A stretch of DNA of 18,421 nt. It comes from a bacterium. GTDB taxonomy: Bacteria; Babelota; Babeliae; Babelales; JABCYS01. The notes below the pieces were generated by a model. It was not told the origin of the DNA. It worked only from the letters and a program-made list of their open reading frames with translations, and did not search any database. Location: positions 1-18,421 of the forward strand of contig DAIDHG010000017.1 in the NCBI GenBank assembly GCA_027452085.1. Direction: 5' to 3'. Both the position numbers and the translations under genes were made by a program. The stretch's first letter is position 1. Each line of letters begins with the position of its first letter. Of the stretch, positions 1-6,686 are shown piece by piece.

Positions 1-270
1 GCCTACCATCATAACCTTGCGCCCTTCTATCAACTTGCAGATCTAGTGATCTCACGCGCCGGCTCAGGCACTTTGGCCGAACTCAAATTTTTTGGCTGCA
101 AAACAGTTATTATTCCGTTAGTGGCATCGACCACGGCGCACCAAGTTGAAAATGCACATGCCTATGCTCGCATGGCGCCAGAGTTGTTCAGCGTGCATTT
201 GCAACAGGACCTTGAGCATAATCCGGCCAGATTTAAGCAGCTCTTGGCAAGAGAATTGAGCATGCCGTAG
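1..270 (+). CDS. murG: MurG glycosyltransferase, C-terminal fragment (starts before the window)
   Basis: Frame 1 is open from base 1 (AYHHNLAPFYQLADLVISRAGSGTLAEL...IIPL...HQVENA). This matches the GT28 C-terminal ADLVISRAG..T..E and HQ..NA motifs. It overlaps the convergent PBP gene at 233-270. Confidence 0.88.
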   Translation, partial: AYHHNLAPFYQLADLVISRAGSGTLAELKFFGCKTVIIPLVASTTAHQVENAHAYARMAPELFSVHLQQDLEHNPARFKQLLARELSMP

Positions 271-2164
271 CAGTGGCCGGATCTTCTAGGTATTCACCGG
301 TCTTTTCATCAATCAGCTGCTCGCGCAACGCGGGATCAAATGAAAAATGTTTGATCGGGCATGGTAGTTGTTTGTGCAGCGCAAAGAAGATAGGAAATGC
401 GGTTTTGCGCGCAAACATGTTTTTGCCCATGGGGCTATTATCATCACATCCAATATAGATGCCGGTCGTTAATGCAGGGGTAGAACCAATATAAAAATTG
501 GTTCTAAATTCGTTATTCGTTCCCGTTTTCCCAATCACGTCGCAGGATAAACCACGCTCACCAAGACGTTTTCTTAAGCGATCAGTCGCCAAGCCCAGCA
601 CCTTTGCCACTTGATCGCTAACCGCAGCTGGCAGGATGCGCTGGCGGTGCGATTGGTTTTTATAAATTTTCTTGCCCCAACGATCTTTAACCCATGAGAT
701 ATAATAGGGCTTAACATACTCGCCATGATTGGCAAAAACATTAAAGGCAGCAGTTGCTGTATTAAGCGTTACATCAACACAGCCGAGCGCCAAGCTTGGA
801 TACGGTTTCAGCCCAGTGATGTTAAATTTTTCAGCTAACAGTTGTACGTTATTACAACCAACATCAAGCAATGTTTTAATAGCCACGCTGTTATTTGAGG
901 TGGCTAATGCGCGGGCTAGGGTCATTTCTCCTTCAAAAGATCCGCTTGCATTATTTGGTTTCCATACTCGGCCATTTGGCATGGTAATTTCAAGCGGCTC
1001 ATCTATTGCCACCTCACCAAAATTTCTGCCCTGCTTAACAGCAGCAGCAAAGATAATAGGCTTAATGATTGAACCCAATTGTCGCTTTGCCTGCAATGCA
1101 CGATTGAATTTGGAGAATGCAAAGCTTGCACCACCAATGAGTGCTTTAATTTCACCCGTTTGCACATCCATAGTTAAAAGCGCCCCATCAATATACGGAT
1201 GAGCAGATTGTTTTAACCGCTGAATATGTTCATTAAAAACCTGTTGCGCCGTTTGCTGGATCTGGCGATTGATGGTTGTCTGTATAACCAGACCACCACT
1301 ATACAGTTTTTTGCGGCCAAAAAGCTCTTCCAAATCAATACGCAACGCCTCTTTTAGATGCGGCGCGATCTCAGCGTTTTGCACCGTGTTGTCGCGCAGA
1401 ATAAGTGGTTTGGCATACGCAGCATCATATTCTGACACCGAAATAAAATGGTAATCACGCATTAAACGCAATATTAAATTTCGGCGACGCTGCGCATTTA
1501 TTGGTGCAACTAATGGGCAATAACGACCGGGTGAACGGATAATGCCCGCAAGCATGGCAGCCTGATCAATAGAGAGATCGCTGACGGATACACCCCAGAA
1601 TCGTTGGGCTGCAGCTTCAACGCCATAGATGCCGGCACCAAAATAGACATGATTTAAGTAGATCTCGAGAATTTGTTCTTTGGTGCATTGGCGTTCGACG
1701 AGCAAAGCATAAAACTGTTCTTTAACTTTTCGCTCAAATGTTTTGCGACCATCAAAGAAAAGGAGCTTTACCAACTGTTGCGTGATGGTGCTTGCGCCTT
1801 GAGCTTTACGGCCATGCAACATGTTTACAACCAACGAGCGTGCAATACCGCGCACCGAGATGCCGGCATGATTAAAGAATTCATGATCCTCCGCGGCAAG
1901 CACCGCGTTGATTAAACATTTTGGAATTCGTTCAAATGGCACCGGGTCACGTTTATCAAGGGCAAATCGTGCCCATTCGTGGCCTTCGTCATCCAATACA
2001 ATTGAGGGCTTTCCAGGATTGTATTGTTCAAGCGGAGAAAGATCGATCACCTTTTCGTTAAAAAGATAATAGCCCGCGCCAAAGGCAAAGGCGCCAAGCA
2101 AAACGGTGGCAGTGATGATACCGGAGATAACAAGAGAAAAGGTAGAGCGGGTTTTGATGCTCAT
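233..2164 (-). CDS. Class A penicillin-binding protein (PBP1A family, transglycosylase + transpeptidase)
   Basis: N-terminal TM helix. GT51 motifs AAEDHEF, QGASTITQQLVK, RKVKE and YLNHVYFG. Transpeptidase motifs SIIK (SxxK), SNN and KTG. The present start (MSI) lies inside the IS right end. Confidence 0.95.
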   Translation of the reverse strand: MSIKTRSTFSLVISGIITATVLLGAFAFGAGYYLFNEKVIDLSPLEQYNPGKPSIVLDDEGHEWARFALDKRDPVPFERIPKCLINAVLAAEDHEFFNHAGISVRGIARSLVVNMLHGRKAQGASTITQQLVKLLFFDGRKTFERKVKEQFYALLVERQCTKEQILEIYLNHVYFGAGIYGVEAAAQRFWGVSVSDLSIDQAAMLAGIIRSPGRYCPLVAPINAQRRRNLILRLMRDYHFISVSEYDAAYAKPLILRDNTVQNAEIAPHLKEALRIDLEELFGRKKLYSGGLVIQTTINRQIQQTAQQVFNEHIQRLKQSAHPYIDGALLTMDVQTGEIKALIGGASFAFSKFNRALQAKRQLGSIIKPIIFAAAVKQGRNFGEVAIDEPLEITMPNGRVWKPNNASGSFEGEMTLARALATSNNSVAIKTLLDVGCNNVQLLAEKFNITGLKPYPSLALGCVDVTLNTATAAFNVFANHGEYVKPYYISWVKDRWGKKIYKNQSHRQRILPAAVSDQVAKVLGLATDRLRKRLGERGLSCDVIGKTGTNNEFRTNFYIGSTPALTTGIYIGCDDNSPMGKNMFARKTAFPIFFALHKQLPCPIKHFSFDPALREQLIDEKTGEYLEDPATATACSILLPRAA

Positions 2165-2300
2165 CGGGCACCGCCCGGCGATTCCAGTTGAGTTGGCCTT
2201 ACAACCCTCTGGTTAAGGGGACCACCAATATGCCCCACGGTATTAGCACTGTGTAATTCCGTTTGACTCACCCAGTCACCATGATGGCGAATGTAGCGCT
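2154..2300 (-). ncRNA. Predicted TnpB reRNA/omegaRNA scaffold (5' boundary approximate)
   Basis: Inferred from position: TnpB guide scaffolds derive from the element's right end, overlapping the 3' part of tnpB. The protein tail after NAAFNI is non-conserved-looking, and the terminal hairpin is at 2162-2180. Confidence 0.6.
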
Positions 2301-3252
2301 GTGCAATGTTAAAGGCTGCATTAGCGTCTCGGTGGTCAACGTGTCCGCACCCTGAGCAACTAAATCGCTTTCCATTTGGCATGTTGATCTGCTCGCACTT
2401 ACTGCAACCCTTCGATGTAAATCGAGGGTCCACAAATCGTACAGGTATGCCTCGCAAAGCGGCTTTATAACTTATAAAAATCTGTAACCGGTAGAAGCTC
2501 CATTGAGATTTCTCAACGTATCTTCGCGCCTTGCCTTTACGAATATTAACAAGATCTTCCAGTACAATAGCCTTACGATGTTCTGAGGCATAGTCAACAA
2601 TGGAACGGGACACTTTATGATTAATATCTTTTGTTCTCAGCGACTGCTTACGCTTCAATTTCTTTAACGCCTTCTTTGCTCCTTTTCTTTGCAGATTGGC
2701 CCTTCGCCTGCCAAAGTTCTTTTTAAGGCCAGCCATATCAATGCCATATTTTCTCACTTGACCATTTAATGGATTGGCAATAACTGCCACATTCTCAACT
2801 GAGTTGCGATCTACACCAATAGCTCCATCTATTATTGGGCTCGGCGAACAAAGAACGTTATACGAATATGACATGAACCATTCCTGGTTACGCTTGAAAA
2901 ACTCAACCTGGCGAATATTGCCAACGACTGGCTTCGGGAATGGGACGGGAATTAGCTCCTTTTTAAAAAAGCCTGGTATACGAATGAAGCAGCCGCCTTC
3001 TATTTTAACCTGCTTACCCCTATCGCCGCAGACGGGCAACACAAGCCTCCTTACTTTCTTACATCGTTTGTTCTTTTGATATTTGGTTATGAGTGATTTA
3101 GATAGAATGCAGGGAATAGATGGATAATGCTTAGACGACGATTGCGTTCGATCGGCTAACATGTGCCTAACTTCGATTAAAGCAGTAGCATGCAATCCTT
3201 CTAAGATAGGATAGAAATGCTCAGGCAGCAAAGTTTTAAATGTAAGGCACAC
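2161..3252 (-). CDS. tnpB: RNA-guided endonuclease TnpB
   Basis: RuvC-I GVDRN, RuvC-II VLEDL, zinc finger CSKC...CSGC and RuvC-III HRDANAAFNI; the catalytic D/E/D residues are all present. The start is uncertain: the ORF is open to 3318, and GTG at 3252 (VCLTFKTLL) looks the most TnpB-like. Confidence 0.93.
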   Translation of the reverse strand: MCLTFKTLLPEHFYPILEGLHATALIEVRHMLADRTQSSSKHYPSIPCILSKSLITKYQKNKRCKKVRRLVLPVCGDRGKQVKIEGGCFIRIPGFFKKELIPVPFPKPVVGNIRQVEFFKRNQEWFMSYSYNVLCSPSPIIDGAIGVDRNSVENVAVIANPLNGQVRKYGIDMAGLKKNFGRRRANLQRKGAKKALKKLKRKQSLRTKDINHKVSRSIVDYASEHRKAIVLEDLVNIRKGKARRYVEKSQWSFYRLQIFISYKAALRGIPVRFVDPRFTSKGCSKCEQINMPNGKRFSCSGCGHVDHRDANAAFNIAQRYIRHHGDWVSQTELHSANTVGHIGGPLNQRVVRPTQLESPGGAR

Positions 3253-3636
3253 GGTGTCTTCTACCTTACATTCCACGTTATTTTTGTTACCAAATTTAGA
3301 TACCATTGCCTTACCCAAGCTATTTTTAAAGATCTGAAAATCTTACTACCACAGCTTGTATATGGAATGGAAGTAAAAATATTAGAGATTAAGATCACAT
3401 ACACTTTTTACTCGAAACCACACCACAAGACAAGCTTGGCTCCATCATTGGCTTGCTTAAGTCAAAAAGCTCCGGCCTGCTGCATCATAAATATAAATTC
3501 CCTTATTGGGGCAAGCACAAATGCACTCTATGGTCGTCGGGGTATTTTTGTCTGCTCGACAGGAGGCGCACCCCTGGAGATTGTTAAACAATCAAGGCGC
3601 CTAACCGCGAGCGGTGCTCACGGATTGCGGTGCTAA
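3217..3636 (+). pseudogene. tnpA: IS200-type Y1 HUH transposase TnpA, disrupted
   Basis: N-terminal HGVFYLTFHVIFVTKFR and C-terminal VCSTGGAPLEIVKQ are in one frame. The middle segment DHIHFLLE...LLKSKSS...LWSSGYF (3393-3548, with the HUH motif) is in another frame. The expected catalytic Y of the YIxxQ motif after VKQ is missing. Confidence 0.92.
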
Positions 3637-3731
3637 TTTTTGTTCATATGCGGCCAGCCAATGTTGTAAAATCTTATTGCTAGCCTAAGAATAAACTTTT
3701 TTACTCATTTGAACATTCAGGTATAGGCGTG

Positions 3732-3761
3732 AAAAAAGGTCGCATTTTCATGCGACCTTTT
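3732..3761 (-). terminator. Intrinsic terminator after the 3812-4297 gene
   Basis: Perfect hairpin AAAAGGTCGCAT-TTTC-ATGCGACCTTTT with a U-tract on the minus strand. Confidence 0.85.
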
Positions 3762-3811
3762 ACCTCACCTACCCGATAGAGTAGTGCAAATTCAAAGATG
3801 CAGTTTAGAAT

Positions 3812-4297
3812 TTACTCTGCGTCTTGTTGGCTGTTGTAGCTGTTGTAGGCATAGTATGCAACGCCAGCAACTGCCGCTGCTGCTACAACTGTAGCTGCTT
3901 TACGATACTTGGTGCTCCAGCATAGTTCCTTAGCTTTTTCGCAGTATGTGCAAGTATCTGCAACATCTTTTGCTTCTACATTATTTGCTTGTGCAGCAGC
4001 TTCGGTTGCAGCTTTGTAAGCTTCGCCACCTTTTTTCCAATTTGCTAATTTAGCATCGCGAGCAGCAGCAGCTTCCTTTAGCTTAGCAGCATCTTTTTCG
4101 TCTTTGGTTGCTGTAGCGTATTCAGCATTAATATCCGCTACTGCTGCTTTAACAGCAGCATCGCGCTGTTCTTGAGCAACTTTTTTGCCATCAACTTTTG
4201 TCGACTCTGCAGGCTTTGCAGTACCTTCAGCAGCAAAAGCAGCAACCGCTGTAGCACCAAGTACAACTGCAAGTGTCAATTTTAGTGTGTTCTTCAT
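3812..4297 (-). CDS. Hypothetical Ala/Lys-rich exported protein with C-terminal membrane anchor
   Basis: Signal peptide ending AFA, AGGAG RBS, helical Ala/Lys-rich body and C-terminal hydrophobic segment. It has its own terminator and an upstream TTGACA (4391-4396, minus). Confidence 0.85.
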   Translation of the reverse strand: MKNTLKLTLAVVLGATAVAAFAAEGTAKPAESTKVDGKKVAQEQRDAAVKAAVADINAEYATATKDEKDAAKLKEAAAARDAKLANWKKGGEAYKAATEAAAQANNVEAKDVADTCTYCEKAKELCWSTKYRKAATVVAAAAVAGVAYYAYNSYNSQQDAE

Positions 4298-4485
4298 AAT
4301 GAAGACTCCTTGTATGGGTAGGTTTGTTTTGTAGGTTATACAAAATGGTTATTAAAAGACGGGTAGAAGTTTTACCCAATTCAGTGGGGGTGTCAAGCTT
4401 TTTTTAAATTTGCGCAGGAATGTGATACAAGATACAGATGATTTTTTTCATATATCTTTGCATCTTCGACATATTATGAAATAAC

Positions 4486-4830
4486 ATGATTTCTCTAGCT
4501 TCATTACTAGCTTTTTGGCTCGATATCTTTCTCTATCAATGGTACGAGGCACCATATATGTATGGCATCATCATCTGTTGTTGCCTATTATTGTTGCGCG
4601 TTGAAGTTGCCTATCCATCGTTACTGCTCGCTTTTACCTTCAGTGGGCTGGAATCATTTTTAATTCATGGCCGATTCGGGGCAAGCTCTATCATATTATT
4701 ACCTTTAACCATACTCGGACTGTCCGTACGCCGATATATAACCATAACACCTGCCGTGACAATGGGCTTTATTGGGTTTGGCCTATTTTTACAGCTCTAT
4801 GTATTGCCTTGGTGCATGGCCACCATTTAG
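4486..4830 (+). CDS. Small multi-pass membrane protein, possibly MreD-like
   Basis: About 4 hydrophobic segments. The GLESFLIHGRFG segment loosely recalls MreD. The family assignment is weak. Confidence 0.55.
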   Translation: MISLASLLAFWLDIFLYQWYEAPYMYGIIICCCLLLLRVEVAYPSLLLAFTFSGLESFLIHGRFGASSIILLPLTILGLSVRRYITITPAVTMGFIGFGLFLQLYVLPWCMATI

Positions 4831-4855
4831 CAAAATTGACGAATTACTATATAGT
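4827..4855 (+). promoter_or_regulatory. Putative sigma70 promoter of rnpB
   Basis: TTAGCA (4827-4832), a 17-nt spacer and TATAGT (4850-4855). The predicted +1 near 4862 coincides with the first base of helix P1. Confidence 0.5.
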
Positions 4856-4861
4856 AATGGC

Positions 4862-5208
4862 ACCTAATGATCAGCCTGACAATCGCGCATCTCATGGATG
4901 TGAGGAAAGTCCGGACTCCTAACAAACAAGGTACCGCCGGAGAAGAAATTCAACTGCGGAGTGGGGTGAATAATCCTACATGGAAAGTGTCACAGAAAAT
5001 AACCGCCGTTTCAGCAATGGAGCGGTAAGGGTGAAAACGTGGGGTAAGAGCCCACGCATCAGGTCGGTAACGGCCTGGTGGGACAAACCCTACCTGGAGC
5101 AAGACAAAGTAAGCGTGTTTGGTCGTTTGTTCCTCAATACACGCGGGTATGTCGCATAGATAAATGGTTGTCCATTGTACAGAATCCGGCTTATGCCTGG
5201 CATTAGGT
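4862..5208 (+). ncRNA. rnpB: RNase P RNA, bacterial type A (P18 absent)
   Basis: GAGGAAAGTCCGG (4902-4914) and ACAGAATCCGGCTTA (5179-5193) are present. Helices: P1 ACCTAATG/CATTAGGT, P2 GACAATC/GGTTGTC, P5 CTCC/GGAG, P6 AACAAAC/GTTTGTT. ACAGAAA, GGGTGAAA and GGTAAGAG motifs are also present. Confidence 0.98.
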
Positions 5209-5273
5209 TTTTGGGGGGCGTGCAGCGAACAATGCACCAAACCTAGGCGTCGATGAAGAAGCTTCAACTAGCC

Positions 5274-5459
5274 GTCGGTTTGTCATTGCTTCGCTGCCAG
5301 CGGGAGTGAGAGTTGGATTGGAAAACAGAGTAATTGCAACCAATAAGGCCAAAGTTTATACATCGCAGCGCTTTTTATGCGGGAGTGGTGTGAGGTTGCT
5401 GACGGATGAATGAAAAGTAGTGGTAATGTGATCAACAAGCCCGGCTAAGCCAGCCCGAT
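5274..5459 (+). ncRNA. Putative RNase P-like RNA, catalytic domain only (degenerate rnpB paralogue)
   Basis: Helices colinear with rnpB: P2 5281-5287/5419-5425, P3 5290-5304, P4 5311-5316/5441-5446, P5 5318-5321/5340-5343, P6 AAAA/U-rich loop, P15 5347-5350/5394-5397, P16 5359-5366/5385-5392. The 3' motif is ACAAGCCCGGCTAA. Boundaries are approximate because P1 is weak. Confidence 0.6.
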
Positions 5460-5547
5460 TGATTCAGATAAAATAAAAGACAACCTCCAGATGAGAGTCT
5501 TGGAGTTGGGAAAAGTAAAACAAAAGAGCTTCTGTATCTTAACATTT

Positions 5548-6237
5548 ATGAACGCAAATTGGTTCTGGATAGTTCCCTTCGTTTGTTTTTTAGCTGGTTA
5601 TCAAGCCATCAGTTATGTTGCCACTCGCAATGAATTTCCGGTGCCCTCAGTCGTAGGGTTGCCGCTCACCCAAGCAATAAAAACACTTTCTGATCAGCGT
5701 TTGAATGTGCGCATCGTTCGTGAACAAGAAGATCCAGATTTGCCTACCGGCACGGTGATTTCCCAAAACCCAAGACCCAGATACAAGGTTAAGCCACAAC
5801 AAGCAATATTTATTGTGATTACCAAAAAGGTAGAGCGGTTGGCACCTGCCTGCACCGGTAAAAAAATGAGTGAAATTGAAGAGTTGCTTCGTGAAAACAA
5901 TATTCGTGCGCACACCTATCGTTTGGCAAGCTCGCATCCTGTAGATAGTTGCTTTGGCCAATGGCCGGCAGCGGGGCAGGCAGTAGATGGGAAGATGACC
6001 CTTTATGTAAGCTCTGGCGAAGATCGCCCTATTATTTTCCCAGCATTACGCGGACAGCCAATACGAGCAGTCATGGAGCTGTTAAAGCAATATCATTTAA
6101 CCCCGCAGATTACACACCGCCATTACATGGACGAAGATCATATTTGCGTAAACTGCTTGGTTGCCGAGCAACGACCATTGCCAGGTTCACTTATAGATTT
6201 AAGCAAGCCGATTACCGTTGCGCTAGAAGTCGAATAA
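5548..6237 (+). CDS. Membrane-anchored PASTA-domain protein (three PASTA repeats, no kinase or PBP domain)
   Basis: N-terminal TM helix followed by VPSVVGL...GTVISQNP, APACTGK...FGQWPAAG and FPALRGQ...AEQRPLPG repeats. ATG 5548 is preferred because ATG 5491 lies within a hairpin (5481-5508). Confidence 0.88.
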   Translation: MNANWFWIVPFVCFLAGYQAISYVATRNEFPVPSVVGLPLTQAIKTLSDQRLNVRIVREQEDPDLPTGTVISQNPRPRYKVKPQQAIFIVITKKVERLAPACTGKKMSEIEELLRENNIRAHTYRLASSHPVDSCFGQWPAAGQAVDGKMTLYVSSGEDRPIIFPALRGQPIRAVMELLKQYHLTPQITHRHYMDEDHICVNCLVAEQRPLPGSLIDLSKPITVALEVE

Positions 6238-6270
6238 AAAAAAGCCGCCTGAACTGGGCGGCTTTTTTTT
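6236..6270. terminator. Bidirectional intrinsic terminator
   Basis: A-tract, GCCGCCT-GAACT-GGGCGGC hairpin and T-tract between convergent genes. Confidence 0.9.
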
Positions 6271-6277
6271 ATTTTAA

Positions 6278-6640
6278 TTATCCTTCTAATTCTGGATCAG
6301 AATCATTGCCGAAGATTCCGTCCGCTGAAAAAGCCTTAGGGTTTTTTGCTTCGACATTAATTGGCACAGCATCAATCTGCACTTGCACTAATGGATTTTG
6401 CTTTATCTGTTGCCCAACCCCAGTCATCGCAGCTGTCGATCCCAAAACCTCAGCCGTAGCCATTTCTCGCTCTGCTTTTTTTTGACGCTGTATACGTATA
6501 GATTTTCTTTCCTGATTATCTGCATCATCGACAAGAATTGGTAGCGGCGGCTGAGGAGCAGCAGGATTAGAAGTTGCTTGTATCTTTGCGTTAACGGCAA
6601 AAACTGCACAGAAGAAAAATAGTCGCGATTGAACGTTCAT
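6278..6640 (-). CDS. Hypothetical exported protein
   Basis: Signal-peptide-like N-terminus, AAGGA RBS, and it ends at the terminator. It resembles its neighbour at 6687-6995. Confidence 0.7.
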   Translation of the reverse strand: MNVQSRLFFFCAVFAVNAKIQATSNPAAPQPPLPILVDDADNQERKSIRIQRQKKAEREMATAEVLGSTAAMTGVGQQIKQNPLVQVQIDAVPINVEAKNPKAFSADGIFGNDSDPELEG

Positions 6641-6686
6641 AAAATCCTTGAAAGGAAAAGGTGTTTATCGTTTTGGGAACTATGTT

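Larger units (their letters stand above)
2154..3642 (-). mobile_element. IS200/IS605-family insertion sequence (IS605-type, divergent tnpA/tnpB), 1489 bp, tnpA inactivated
   Basis: Left end on the minus strand: target TGAA | CAAAAATTAGCACCG, guide CAAT at +16..+19, hairpin CCGTGAGC-ACC-GCTCGCGG. Right end: guide GAAT, hairpin CGCCGGGC-GGT-GCCCGATG, then AGCA-TCAA|. This is IS608-like end architecture. Joining the flanks restores ATG AAA ACC CGC in frame with the PBP. Confidence 0.9.

Noticed and set aside
273..1915. Plus-strand ORFs opposite the PBP gene, and similar ones opposite gpsA, mreB and glmU
   Set aside because: They are antisense or alternate-frame shadows of well-supported genes with no recognisable motifs.
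2161..3318. Cas12f / CRISPR locus
   Set aside because: No repeat-spacer array or cas genes were seen; IS ends and tnpA are present.
3217..3636. Apparently intact 139-aa TnpA
   Set aside because: The HUH motif is out of frame and the catalytic Tyr is absent; compensating frameshifts create the ORF.
2154..3642. IStron (self-splicing IS)
   Set aside because: There is no room for a group I intron at the left end, where tnpA runs into the terminal hairpin.
4950..5267. 105-aa minus-strand ORF
   Set aside because: It is an antisense shadow of the RNase P RNA.
5213..5470. tmRNA, suggested by GGGGGGCG
   Set aside because: It has no GGNTTCGAC 5' motif and no T-arm/CCA end; the RNase P-like fold fits better.
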